Assembly (NCBI GenBank): GCA_009991595.1
Contig: JAACVK010000030.1
Location: 11,262-75,261, forward strand
Direction: 5' to 3'
From: a bacterium
GTDB taxonomy: Bacteria; Bdellovibrionota; UBA2428
DNA: 64,000 nucleotides
Below, piece after piece: positions 19,308-29,207 of this stretch. Position 1 is the stretch's first letter. Every line of letters begins with the position of its first letter. Position numbers and translations under genes: made by a program. The notes beneath the pieces were generated by a model. It was given only the letters and a program-made list of their open reading frames with translations, was not told the origin of the DNA and did no database searches.

Positions 19308-20380
19308 TTTGGCAATTTCCCAAGACGGCTCAGATTAGTCGGAGTTTTCATCTTGGGTAAAGGCAAATCAATTTTTTTACCGGGGCTATAGCTTTTCATC
19401 TCGCCAGTAACCCAGCCTATGCGGATTTTAGCCTTAAATTTCAACATAAATTTGGAGTCATCGTCCCTAAACCATATTTTCACATCGGCCTGTGGCTTAA
19501 ACTGCCCCGTAATTCTCGGATTCATTTTATAGCGAACGGTATCAAACTCTCCGGCAGGCAACTGAATGCGTTCCTTGCCTTCGAAAATCATCTCATTACT
19601 CCAATGCTTCCAGCGATCGTGCACAGGAAAATTTAAGTTCTGTAAAGAATCAGCAAAACGATAGAAAAAGATGGCTCCAAAAATATCTTGGGGATAATTC
19701 TCAAGAGGATCGTCTCGACGAATCTCAACGACCTGTCCATCCTTCTTGGTTGTATGAGAATAATAGCTTACGGCTTTCTTCTCGTGGTTGAATACGACGA
19801 CTCGCTTCCCCCAACGGCCAGACTCATTCTGCCGAAGCTCTTGACGACGTGGAAGGTGATCAGCCAGCCCGACCCAGGTGTCTACGGTGTCGTGAACCTT
19901 ATAGATGAAGTCCAAAACCTTAGAACTCTTCGCATCGGCTTGATAGTGAATCACAGGCTCTCCATCAAGAACCTTCATATCCTTAACTTCGATTGTAGCT
20001 ATGCCACCCTCAATCAAACCCCACCTTAGAACATAGCTAGCCTTTTCGCCTAAACCGTAAGGCCATCTCTTTGGAATCCAAATGGCAGAGTCTTCGGCAA
20101 CTCTCTGGGCGGGCTCTTTGCTTTTGTTATTCTTGCCTTTAGTCACAACTTTCGGCTTAGACTTAGCTCTGACTTCTTCGGCCTTATGTTTTTTAACAAC
20201 AATTTTTTCTATATTTTCTTCACTTAAAGTTTCAAAATTTTGATTGAGCTCTTTTGGTCCGGCTGCAATTTGTCCATCTCGAACTAAATCTCGGGCGCAG
20301 TATTGTAAAGAAAGCGCTAGGCATCCCAAGGCAATGCTTGTCGATAATCGTGGATATTTTTGAAACGTCGATGTAGCCAT
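19304..20380 (-). CDS. hypothetical secreted protein (DUF3108-like fold suspected), Lys-rich N-terminal linker
   Basis: Signal peptide-like N-terminus, then a Lys-rich low-complexity stretch (KAKSKPKVVTKGKNNKSK). It sits inside the lipid A/LPS gene block. The family call is uncertain. Confidence 0.45.
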   Translation of the reverse strand: MATSTFQKYPRLSTSIALGCLALSLQYCARDLVRDGQIAAGPKELNQNFETLSEENIEKIVVKKHKAEEVRAKSKPKVVTKGKNNKSKEPAQRVAEDSAIWIPKRWPYGLGEKASYVLRWGLIEGGIATIEVKDMKVLDGEPVIHYQADAKSSKVLDFIYKVHDTVDTWVGLADHLPRRQELRQNESGRWGKRVVVFNHEKKAVSYYSHTTKKDGQVVEIRRDDPLENYPQDIFGAIFFYRFADSLQNLNFPVHDRWKHWSNEMIFEGKERIQLPAGEFDTVRYKMNPRITGQFKPQADVKIWFRDDDSKFMLKFKAKIRIGWVTGEMKSYSPGKKIDLPLPKMKTPTNLSRLGKLPK

Positions 20381-21285
20381 AAATATTGTTCAGGATTTTC
20401 TAAAATCCACTTACCTATTGTGTCATTACATCTACGGACATGATAGGCAATATCACGACTAGCGTCGCCGATTGACTCATCGCAAAAGTCGATTGGTGCC
20501 TCTAGGTAGACCACGTTGCAACCCTGAGCATCGCGCAAAATAAAACAAGGCACAATGGGAGCCTTTAAGCGCCGATTCATAATAGCCAAGCCCTTAGGGG
20601 ACCAAGCCTTTAAACCCAAAAACTCGGACTCAATTCCATGAGGATCTCCCGTATGCTGGTCAAAAATAAACCCCATACCCCGACCGCGCTTTACAGCTTT
20701 AACAATAGCTATACCGGAGCCACTCTCATTGAGTAGCTCCAAGCCAAATGCTTGCCTCGATTTGACCCAAAGCTCATCAAAGAATGGATTTCTAAGAAAA
20801 CGAGTCACGATGGTAAGGCGAACCTTTGAAAAAACTCCCACCAAAGTCACCAATTCCCAATTACCTAAATGGGCGCCCAAGGAAAAAAAACCTTTTGTAG
20901 GATCATTAAAATGAAAGTCTAAATTCTCTCGTCCAACCACTCGATACTTCTTACCTTCGTCAGAAGGTTTCCAGTGAAATCTCTCTAATACCTCAAAAAC
21001 CAAGAGACTCATGTGAATCAAATTCCTTTGAGCAAGGGCTTCAATTCTATTTCGAAACTCTTTATTAGACTCTTCCCTTTGTCGCGGAAAAACTAAGGCA
21101 AGATTATGAAGAACAATATCAACTTTAAACCTTAAAATATAAAACCAAAGCTTCGACACAAGCTTTGCAACAAAATTCTTAATAGAAAATGGCATCCAGT
21201 AGAACACCAATCCCACCAACCAGAGTGCTAAATAAACTAACTTAGCAGCAAAACTTAATACAATTTTTCGAAGATAGACAAACAT
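20317..21285 (-). CDS. lpxL: lipid A biosynthesis late acyltransferase (LpxL/LpxM/LpxP family)
   Basis: N-terminal TM anchor, LPLAT/HtrB-like core (VVGRENLD ... GFIFDQH), 322 aa. Position between lpxK and the hypothetical 19304-20380 gene. Confidence 0.8.
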   Translation of the reverse strand: MFVYLRKIVLSFAAKLVYLALWLVGLVFYWMPFSIKNFVAKLVSKLWFYILRFKVDIVLHNLALVFPRQREESNKEFRNRIEALAQRNLIHMSLLVFEVLERFHWKPSDEGKKYRVVGRENLDFHFNDPTKGFFSLGAHLGNWELVTLVGVFSKVRLTIVTRFLRNPFFDELWVKSRQAFGLELLNESGSGIAIVKAVKRGRGMGFIFDQHTGDPHGIESEFLGLKAWSPKGLAIMNRRLKAPIVPCFILRDAQGCNVVYLEAPIDFCDESIGDASRDIAYHVRRCNDTIGKWILENPEQYLWLHRRFKNIHDYRQALPWDA

Positions 21286-22196
21286 AGCTCTTTTTTCGCC
21301 TTAAACTCTAGCTCACAATCTACAACCAAAACCCGAAAGTTAAGATCGCCTAAGGTCTCTTGAGTCTCCCCAGTTTCCAACAGGTCTCTAATTTCCTTCC
21401 AACGACAAATTTTAACTGCTTCCTTAAAGCCAATGATTAGTTGTTCAGGCTTGTGCTCAGCTATAGCATCCACCATTTGAGTTGCATCTGCATGATCGGC
21501 TAACTCCACATATTCAAAACTAGGAACCTTTTGTCGTATAAAATTCAAATAAGCCTCATCTAAGACCCGAGTAGTGAGCACTAAAGTTCGTTCAAAATCT
21601 CTAGCCTCAGCCTTAAAATAGGACTTCTTAACGACATCCTCTCCCAGTTTAAGACAATTGGTGGCTCGCTCCAACGCCTCCTTGGTTTCGCGAAGTCGAC
21701 CTACAGGGAGCACTGAATCCGCTAAATCGAAGTCATTGTATAGAACAATATCGACATCTCTTTGTAGGCGCCAATGCTGAAAACCGTCATCTAATAGAAA
21801 TACAACATGAGGTAGCTTGGGATAGCGCTTTAAAAAACTCTGCGCATTTCTAACTCGGTCTGCGCCAACCAGCACATAGCACTTTGCCTTTAAATAAATT
21901 TCTAAAGCTTCATCACCTGAATCATCGGCAGAAAGATCTCTTACTTCTGAGTTAGGGTCTAGCCAAACAGCTTGCTTGCGCTTTCGACCATAACCCCTTG
22001 TTAAAACAACCGGTGTAGCTTGTCGTTGCTTTAGCTCTTTGGCCAAATCAATGACCAAGGGAGTTTTTGCCCTACCTCCACTGGCAATGTTGCCCACCGA
22101 AATTACAGGACGAGATAGTTTAACAGATTTGCTCAGGGCGCGATCCAGCTTTAAGCCCCATTGAAATGGTAAACTTAAAAAATCTAAAGCCCCCAT
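21255..22196 (-). CDS. lpxK: tetraacyldisaccharide 4'-kinase
   Basis: P-loop VGNIASGGRAKTP and LpxK-typical LTRGYGRK. 313 aa. Confidence 0.88.
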   Translation of the reverse strand: MGALDFLSLPFQWGLKLDRALSKSVKLSRPVISVGNIASGGRAKTPLVIDLAKELKQRQATPVVLTRGYGRKRKQAVWLDPNSEVRDLSADDSGDEALEIYLKAKCYVLVGADRVRNAQSFLKRYPKLPHVVFLLDDGFQHWRLQRDVDIVLYNDFDLADSVLPVGRLRETKEALERATNCLKLGEDVVKKSYFKAEARDFERTLVLTTRVLDEAYLNFIRQKVPSFEYVELADHADATQMVDAIAEHKPEQLIIGFKEAVKICRWKEIRDLLETGETQETLGDLNFRVLVVDCELEFKAKKELCLSIFEKLY

Positions 22197-23371
22197 AACG
22201 AACCTAAATCATCTGCAATTCTTCGGCTTGCACCCGGCTCACCTAATTTTCTAGGCAAAAAGCGTAATGTCTTCTTCATCATTACAATTTGACTTGGATT
22301 TTCTAAAAACTCAACTGTGTCATTAACAAGGCGTCCTGCAGAAAGGTTGTGTTGTAACAACTCGGGAATCACCTTCCTTTGCAATAAAATATTCGGCAAA
22401 CCCACCATAGGGTCATCTTCACGAACATAATTACTCAACTGTTGGAGCAAAAAGACTGAAAAAGTATTTAATTTGTAGATTAAGATATGGGGCAGTTGAT
22501 AATAGGCGGCCTCAAGGGTAGCCGTTCCAGAGGTAATCCAGCCAAAATTCGAAGCCATCATAGCTAAATGAGCCTGGTAGACTAACTTCCACTCTCCACT
22601 TTCAATTAATTCCCTAAAAGTCGCCAACTGTTCTCTAGGAACATGTTCTTCCAAGGACTGGGCATCCCAACCCCGCGCCAAAGGAAGAAGTGCCCTTACT
22701 TTCAAAGGAGAGTTTCTAATCGTTAAATTCTTTGTCAGTAGCTTCCATGACTCAAGCAACAATCCCAAATGTCGTCTAACTTCACCATGACGAGAGCCTG
22801 GCATTAAGCACATAACAAATTCATCTTCAGCGATCCCAAGCTCTGCTCGGGCAGCTTTTGGGTTACGAGGTTCTAAGGAATCTCGAATAGGATGCCCCAT
22901 ATAATGAGCATCTACCCCCGCTTCACGAAACAACTCCTCTTCAAAGCTGAGAGCTGGATACAAACGTCGCACTAAATGAGCGATGTCCTTGAGTCGGCTA
23001 CTTCTCCACGCCCAAACTTGCGGCGCGACCACATAGTCCACAGGAATTCCTTTTTTCTTAGCCATTTTTGCAAGACGAAGATTGAAATCGGGGAAATCTA
23101 CACACAAAACAGAATCAACGTTTTCAAGTTCACGTTCGAGTCTTTTCATCGCTCGAAAAATCTTTGGCAAGCTCCGCAAGACTTCTACCAACCCAACAAC
23201 GGCGACCTCTTTAGCTTGAACAATGACTTTTACCCCTTCATTTTCGCATAGAGGACCAGCTAGTCCGACAAATTCAACGGGCTCACTTGAACTTTCTTTA
23301 ATTTGTTTAATGATCTTTGAAAGCAGCTGATCTCCAGAAGGATCACCCGCCGACACTAAAATGCGTTTCAA
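22184..23371 (-). CDS. lpxB: lipid-A-disaccharide synthase
   Basis: N-terminus MKRILVSAGDPSGDQL is characteristic of LpxB. 395 aa, GT19-like. Confidence 0.9.
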   Translation of the reverse strand: MKRILVSAGDPSGDQLLSKIIKQIKESSSEPVEFVGLAGPLCENEGVKVIVQAKEVAVVGLVEVLRSLPKIFRAMKRLERELENVDSVLCVDFPDFNLRLAKMAKKKGIPVDYVVAPQVWAWRSSRLKDIAHLVRRLYPALSFEEELFREAGVDAHYMGHPIRDSLEPRNPKAARAELGIAEDEFVMCLMPGSRHGEVRRHLGLLLESWKLLTKNLTIRNSPLKVRALLPLARGWDAQSLEEHVPREQLATFRELIESGEWKLVYQAHLAMMASNFGWITSGTATLEAAYYQLPHILIYKLNTFSVFLLQQLSNYVREDDPMVGLPNILLQRKVIPELLQHNLSAGRLVNDTVEFLENPSQIVMMKKTLRFLPRKLGEPGASRRIADDLGSLWGL

Positions 23372-24399
23372 ACTTTCAACACTTTCATAGTGCTTAAGAT
23401 CCTATCCACCAATTCATGGGTTTCGGCCAAATTATGCGGAAAAGCTCTCATTGTTGACAAGTCCGTAAAATCCGTCCTTAAGCTAGCTTCAACAGGAACC
23501 TGTTCTTCTAGAGTTTTTAAAAAATAATCCAACTCATGAGAAACCGGATCCGCATGTTCAAGCCTTGTTTCCACTGCTTGGAAAGCGTGGGAGCTTCTTC
23601 CAACTTGTTCAAATCTCTTTAAGCTTTTTCTTAAGAAGTTCAAATTGGCGTGCCAATCCTTACCAGACAATTGCCATCCCCTTAAAGTTTCGGACGAAAG
23701 CCTTGAAGAAAAAAACCGAGCCATTCCTCCATCTTCCAAATCCAAAGACACAATGGCGTAATCCAATCGATCCGAACGAAGCTTTCTACCCCAAGCCCTT
23801 ATATTCGCAATTTTTGGTAGAGAGAAAACTCGAGACAACAATACAAACAGATCAAGGTCACGAATCATCATGTCGTGCATCACACTCGTGTCAGCAGAAC
23901 GCGGAACAAAGGGTCCCGTTCTAATGGCGTTGATCGTCCACAAGCCGGAGCTTGGCTTCCAAGAATTCCACAACCCTGCAAAAAGCCAGCGGTCTAAAAA
24001 CGCACCTTGAATATGTCGCTTGTATTCTAGGGCCTTGGCGGAAAGTTCCTTACAATCTAAAGCCGAGAAACCCATGGGCTTCTCTAGTAAGCAATGCATT
24101 CCTTTAGACATACAAGCCGTAGCAGTTGCCATATGAACCGATGCTGGGACGCAAATAATTGCAGCCTCTGGTCTCGTGTCATCGTTCAACCTCGACATAG
24201 ACCCTAGATTAGAAAGTAACTCGGGTTTCATAGAATCCGGAAACTCACGAATCAAGGCCGCAGACTTTTCCTTATCTGGATCAACAATGGCAGTCAGTCG
24301 AACCCCACCATCCTCACCAAACTTTAAGATTCTTTTCACGAAAGCAGAACCACTTTGCCCTGCACCAACAACCATCAGATTACGCACGTTATCTGCCAC
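23368..24399 (-). CDS. Gfo/Idh/MocA family NAD(P)-dependent oxidoreductase (GnnA-like candidate) between lpxB and lpxA
   Basis: Rossmann N-terminus MVVGAGQSGSAF. Gfo/Idh/MocA-like length (343 aa) and C-terminal alpha/beta domain. Confidence 0.72.
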   Translation of the reverse strand: MADNVRNLMVVGAGQSGSAFVKRILKFGEDGGVRLTAIVDPDKEKSAALIREFPDSMKPELLSNLGSMSRLNDDTRPEAAIICVPASVHMATATACMSKGMHCLLEKPMGFSALDCKELSAKALEYKRHIQGAFLDRWLFAGLWNSWKPSSGLWTINAIRTGPFVPRSADTSVMHDMMIRDLDLFVLLSRVFSLPKIANIRAWGRKLRSDRLDYAIVSLDLEDGGMARFFSSRLSSETLRGWQLSGKDWHANLNFLRKSLKRFEQVGRSSHAFQAVETRLEHADPVSHELDYFLKTLEEQVPVEASLRTDFTDLSTMRAFPHNLAETHELVDRILSTMKVLKV

Positions 24400-25175
24400 T
24401 ATCTCTTTACCCCTATTTTGGAAGCTTCTACAAAATCCACAAATTCTTTAGCGATTAAGTCTTCAGGATATTTAACCTTAATCTCTTCAATCGCTTTTTG
24501 CGCCGTCATCTTCTTATTGAAGAAAATCTTATATAACTCTTTGCAAACTCTAAGTTGCTTAGAATCAAAACCTGCACGCTTTAAACCCACTAAATTTGGG
24601 CCAGTGATGTCTCCGTCTCCCTTGGCAGCCATAAAAGGCACAAGGTCACGCCTCATCAAGCAGCCACCCGCCATAAAAGCATAACGGCCAACACGACCAT
24701 GCTGAATCACCGCAGTCAGCCCACTAATATTTGCATAATCAAAAACCTGAACATGCCCAGGAAACCCAGCATAGTTCGCTGCAATGATGTGATTTCCAAT
24801 TCGGCAATCATGAGCAACGTGAGTATAGGTCATAAAGAAATTATGGCTTCCAATACGGGTGACCCCCTCTTCCTTGGTGGAAGCTCGGTGTGCCGTAAAA
24901 CACTCCTTAAAAACATTGCCATCACCAATCTCTAAACGAGTGTCTTCACCCTTGTAGCTCAAATCTTGGGGGGCGCCGCCTAGACAAACTTGAGATTCAA
25001 TCTGATTATCTCGTCCAATCGTAGTGCTGCCTTCTATACGCACATGAGAATAAAGAGTTGTCCCTGCGGCAATCTTAACCTTCGATCCAACCCAACAAAA
25101 AGGACCAATCTTAACCCCTTCGTCTAACTCGGCCCCTTTTTCAACAATTGATTGTGGGTGAACAATTGTGCTCAT
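24399..25175 (-). CDS. lpxA: UDP-N-acetylglucosamine O-acyltransferase
   Basis: Hexapeptide left-handed beta-helix repeats from the N-terminus (IHPQSIVEKGAELDEGVKIGPFCWVG...). 258 aa. Confidence 0.9.
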   Translation of the reverse strand: MSTIVHPQSIVEKGAELDEGVKIGPFCWVGSKVKIAAGTTLYSHVRIEGSTTIGRDNQIESQVCLGGAPQDLSYKGEDTRLEIGDGNVFKECFTAHRASTKEEGVTRIGSHNFFMTYTHVAHDCRIGNHIIAANYAGFPGHVQVFDYANISGLTAVIQHGRVGRYAFMAGGCLMRRDLVPFMAAKGDGDITGPNLVGLKRAGFDSKQLRVCKELYKIFFNKKMTAQKAIEEIKVKYPEDLIAKEFVDFVEASKIGVKR

Positions 25176-26260
25176 GATTTCAATTTCTCTTCAACTGCCT
25201 TCAAGCGGTTATATATTTCTGGAAGCTTGCCCGTTAAAACCTCAATCTTTAGAGTTTCCTTCAACGGTCTAGGTGGATAGCCTTTGACAACACTGTTGGA
25301 GGCCACATCACCGGAAACACCGGTTTGCCCAGCAATCATAACGTTGTTTCCAATCTTTAGATGTCCCGCAGTTCCCGACATCCCACCAATGGTAACCTGA
25401 TCTCCCATTTTAGTTGAGCCGGAAAGACCTACAAATCCACACAGAACATTGCCCGCACCTAACTCACAGTTGTGAGCTACCTGAACGAAATTATCGATCG
25501 CAGTCGCTGTTTTGATGGTCGTGTCTTCAAACACACCTCTATCGACTCCAACTAAAGATCCAATTCGAACATAATCACCAATCACGACACGTCCAACATG
25601 AACTCGTTGTATTGGGCGAGGCACATTTGGATACTGCAAAAAACCAAAACCACGTCCGCCAATCACAGATTGAGCTTTAATTTCACATGCCGATCCAATT
25701 TGGCAATAGTCATACACGCATGAATTGGCACCGATTCTAGTGCCGGGGCCAATTTTCACAAAAGCACCTAAACGAACTCCGGCCTCTAAAATAACATCTT
25801 CTGCAATCTCGCAGTTAGGTCCAATCACAACGCCTGCCTCTGCCTGAACCCGCTCGGGAATCGGCGAAGAAGTTCCGGTCCACATCTTTGGATGAACTTT
25901 TCTTAAAACAAAATCCAAAGCAGCATCGGCATGCTTAAGCACCAGCGCTGGAGCGGCTTCACTCAATGCGCCGAGCACATTTGCATTGTTCTCACAAAAA
26001 ACAAGTCCCCACACCTCAGCCCGAAAGGCCTTGCTCTTACGATCTTTGATATAGCAATAGGAAAAAAGGTCAGCCTGGTCAGAATCGAGAGAACGGGGAA
26101 TTTGAAGCTTCTCCCAGTGCGCTTCTATCAAAGACTTTGCAGCATCAGAATGAAACTCAACACCAAAGCCATTGCTTTCCAATTCAGAAATCAACTGTGC
26201 TGGGCCATCTGGCCAAATATGATGAAGGGGCGTAAATCGATCTAAATTTTGATCAGCCAA
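25172..26260 (-). CDS. lpxD: UDP-3-O-acylglucosamine N-acyltransferase
   Basis: N-terminal LpxD domain plus hexapeptide repeats (GANSCVYDYCQIG...), 362 aa. Overlaps the lpxA start by 4 nt. Confidence 0.9.
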   Translation of the reverse strand: MADQNLDRFTPLHHIWPDGPAQLISELESNGFGVEFHSDAAKSLIEAHWEKLQIPRSLDSDQADLFSYCYIKDRKSKAFRAEVWGLVFCENNANVLGALSEAAPALVLKHADAALDFVLRKVHPKMWTGTSSPIPERVQAEAGVVIGPNCEIAEDVILEAGVRLGAFVKIGPGTRIGANSCVYDYCQIGSACEIKAQSVIGGRGFGFLQYPNVPRPIQRVHVGRVVIGDYVRIGSLVGVDRGVFEDTTIKTATAIDNFVQVAHNCELGAGNVLCGFVGLSGSTKMGDQVTIGGMSGTAGHLKIGNNVMIAGQTGVSGDVASNSVVKGYPPRPLKETLKIEVLTGKLPEIYNRLKAVEEKLKS

Positions 26261-26270
26261 GCCCCATCCC

Positions 26271-26792
26271 TTACTTACTTTTTTTATCGTAAGCTTTAAT
26301 TAATTCATCTGTTAAATCAGTGGTATCAACTGCGTAAAGAACTCCCGCATTTTTCTCCACAACAAGATCAACTTTTTTCTCTTTACTAATAGCAGGAAGC
26401 AAATCGCGAAGGCCTTCAATAATAGGCTTGGTTGCAGTTACTTCTTTTTGTCTCATTTCGACATCATATTCCTGCATCATCTTTTGAATTTCCATAGCCA
26501 TTTCTTGAAGCTCGCCTTCTTTCTTTTGGCGGGCATCACCAGAAAGAACCAAAGATTTTTTCTGATATTCTTGCTGTAGTTTCTCAAAAGCGTTTCTCTT
26601 CTTTTCTACTTTTGTCCGACGTGAAGTGATTTCTTTTTCCAAAGAAGCTTTTGCAGCTTTTCCAGCTTTAGTTTCTTGTAGGGCCTTTTGAAGGTCCACC
26701 ATTCCAACTTTTACGTTGGCAGCCATTAGAGGAAGACTTGAAAAAAGAACAGTTAGGCTAAGTCCCTTAATTAATTGCACGAATGTTTTCAT
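26271..26792 (-). CDS. skp: periplasmic chaperone Skp/OmpH
   Basis: Signal peptide, then a 150-aa Lys/Glu-rich coiled-coil starting KVGMVDLQKALQET. Located between bamA and lpxD. Confidence 0.85.
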   Translation of the reverse strand: MKTFVQLIKGLSLTVLFSSLPLMAANVKVGMVDLQKALQETKAGKAAKASLEKEITSRRTKVEKKRNAFEKLQQEYQKKSLVLSGDARQKKEGELQEMAMEIQKMMQEYDVEMRQKEVTATKPIIEGLRDLLPAISKEKKVDLVVEKNAGVLYAVDTTDLTDELIKAYDKKSK

Positions 26793-26810
26793 ACAGACGT
26801 TATAGCTCCA

Positions 26811-29207
26811 TCAGAAGGTGGGTGCAATAATGAACTGAAAGACCGCATCTTTTCCACAAGAGCTTTCTGGCCTGCGGCAATATGGGCTCTCTGTAAGCGG
26901 ATAACCCCACTCAAAGCGCAAAGGACCCATCGGAGAATACCAACGAAGACCCCAACCATAGTTACTTAAGAAAGCAGGTGATAGGTTGGCAATGTTGTGA
27001 TCCGGATTCTGATCATCCCAAGCTTGACCGATATCCAAGAACATAACCGCCCTAATATTGGCCTCAGGAATCAACGGAAACTCTAGCTCGTGATTGAAAA
27101 CCACCTTCTGAGTGCCTCCAAAAGGAATCAGACGAGTGATATCGCTCTTATTTTCATCTCGAGTGTTGTTGAGCAGCTTATTGGGACCAATCGTTCCGTA
27201 ATCATAACCACGTAAATCTTGAATCCCACCTAGAATAAAGCGTTCTGAATCAGGCACGGTTTCATCGTTCACAGTATTAAACAGGTAGGAATACTCGAGA
27301 TTAGTTCGGTAAACTAGCTTCCACGCCACGTTGGTGTAACGTCTGACAGAAAAGCCCGTTCGTTGAAAAGTGCGACCACCTAAACCTGCATACTCAGCAA
27401 AAGCCGACATATACCAGCCACTCGTTGGATCTAGGCGATTGTTTCGAGTGTCATATTCAATTTCAGTGCTCAAAGCCGAGATAACGGAATCAGCATCATC
27501 CGGTGAAGTGAAAATATCGGAGTTAAATGGATCGCGCAGCATCGTGCGAGACCAGCGGTATCGCCCATAGAGCTTTGTGCTCTCTCCTATGTCGCGACCC
27601 AATCTAAGAGAAGAGCCCCAACTTTGTTGCAAATAGGAATATTCATTGTCAGTAGGAGGTCCTACACGTGACTGATTGTAAAAAAAGTTGGTTCCAAAAT
27701 AATAGTCGCTATCAAAAATCTTTGGGTCGGCCCAACCAAGATTGAAAGACTTAGAGTTTCTAGAGGACCAGTTCAATGAAAACTGAAGCTGCTGGCCTAA
27801 TCCAAACAAGTTATTTTGCCCAACGTTTGCACCAAAAACAAAGTTGGTGGCTGTTCCATAGCCCGCAGAAACGTTCAACGACCCGGTTGGTTTTTCCTCA
27901 ACCCGTATTTCCAGATCGAGCACAGTCGGCTCACCCGCTGGCGAACTCGTTAAAAAGTTAATGTCTTGACCGAAAAAGCCAAGGGCTCGAATCTTCTCAA
28001 AACTCTTTTTACGCTTAGTGGCGTGGGTAAGCTCACCTTCAGCAAACTTCAATTCTCTTCGAATAACTTTGTCGTGGGTTTTAGAGTTCCCCGAGATTTT
28101 TATCTTTCCCCAGTAAATCTTTTCGCCCTTTTCTATATCAATGCGTAAATCAACAATTTTAGTGCCATTTCGAACCGTGGTGCGAGGAATAACGTTTGCA
28201 AAGGCGTAACCCTCATCACCATATTTATCTGTGAGAGCCAAAATTTGCTGCTGCAACTTACCTGTGGAGAACACGTCTCCATCGGCCATCTCAAAGCTTT
28301 CGCGCAGCTCCTCGTCAGTGAAAATCAAACCTTCACCTTCAAAAGTAACTTCGCCTAAGAAATGTTGCTCACCTTCGTCGACATCAATAAAGACATCAAC
28401 GTAGCGCCTGTCTTGACTTAAAGTCACACGAGGCTTGGAAAAACGCGCTTGAATGTAACCTTCGTTACCATAGAAAAAGGCCAATAAGCCTAAATCTCTT
28501 TCGAAGAGATCTTCCCGGTAGCTTCCACCGCCTGTCATCCAAGAGAAAACGTGCCCCTCGGAAGTGATCATATTTTGCTTTAAATCAGCCGAGGTAAAGA
28601 CTTCATTTCCTAAAAAGAAAACTCGACGAACCTTAACTCGCTCATCTTCGGTTACTTGAAACACAACGTCGACTTCATTGGGTCGGTCCGAAGCTGGCTC
28701 AAGCTTGTATTCTGCGCGAGCAAGGTAGTAACCCTTCTCTTCATACTTTTTGGCAATATCCTTTTGAGCTTTAGCCAACTGACTCAAACTCAAGACCATA
28801 AAAGGCTTCAACCCTGTAATCTCTTTTAGATCGTCATCTTGAAACTCTTCGGCACCTTTGTAAGTAATAGTAGAAATGACAGGTCTTTCTTTAACGCGAA
28901 CAATGAGCTTGGAAGCTTCTTGCTCAATTCGAATGTCTTCGAAGTAGCCAAGCGAGAAGATGTCTAAGATGTCTTGCTTAACGGCCGCTTGAGTTGGAGT
29001 TACACCTTTGCGAAGCGACATCTTTTCTAAAATGGCATCCGCTTCAATTCGATTGTTGCCAAGCACTTCAACTTTAGAAATTGCTTGGGACCACGCGTGT
29101 TGGATAGAAAAAATGAAAAAGCTAAGAAGTAAAATTCCTCGACACTTTCGCCCTAAAGCGAAACAGTCTATTACGGCTGCGATCACGATTTCCCTACACA
29201 ATCCCAC
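26811..29207 (-). CDS. bamA: outer membrane protein assembly factor BamA
   Basis: 798 aa with repeated POTRA-like modules and a C-terminal Omp85 barrel ending in aromatic-rich strands (RFEWGYPLTE ... IIAPTF). The track start is a GTG overlapping the lolD stop, so the true start is uncertain. Confidence 0.88.
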   Translation of the reverse strand: MGLCREIVIAAVIDCFALGRKCRGILLLSFFIFSIQHAWSQAISKVEVLGNNRIEADAILEKMSLRKGVTPTQAAVKQDILDIFSLGYFEDIRIEQEASKLIVRVKERPVISTITYKGAEEFQDDDLKEITGLKPFMVLSLSQLAKAQKDIAKKYEEKGYYLARAEYKLEPASDRPNEVDVVFQVTEDERVKVRRVFFLGNEVFTSADLKQNMITSEGHVFSWMTGGGSYREDLFERDLGLLAFFYGNEGYIQARFSKPRVTLSQDRRYVDVFIDVDEGEQHFLGEVTFEGEGLIFTDEELRESFEMADGDVFSTGKLQQQILALTDKYGDEGYAFANVIPRTTVRNGTKIVDLRIDIEKGEKIYWGKIKISGNSKTHDKVIRRELKFAEGELTHATKRKKSFEKIRALGFFGQDINFLTSSPAGEPTVLDLEIRVEEKPTGSLNVSAGYGTATNFVFGANVGQNNLFGLGQQLQFSLNWSSRNSKSFNLGWADPKIFDSDYYFGTNFFYNQSRVGPPTDNEYSYLQQSWGSSLRLGRDIGESTKLYGRYRWSRTMLRDPFNSDIFTSPDDADSVISALSTEIEYDTRNNRLDPTSGWYMSAFAEYAGLGGRTFQRTGFSVRRYTNVAWKLVYRTNLEYSYLFNTVNDETVPDSERFILGGIQDLRGYDYGTIGPNKLLNNTRDENKSDITRLIPFGGTQKVVFNHELEFPLIPEANIRAVMFLDIGQAWDDQNPDHNIANLSPAFLSNYGWGLRWYSPMGPLRFEWGYPLTESPYCRRPESSCGKDAVFQFIIAPTF

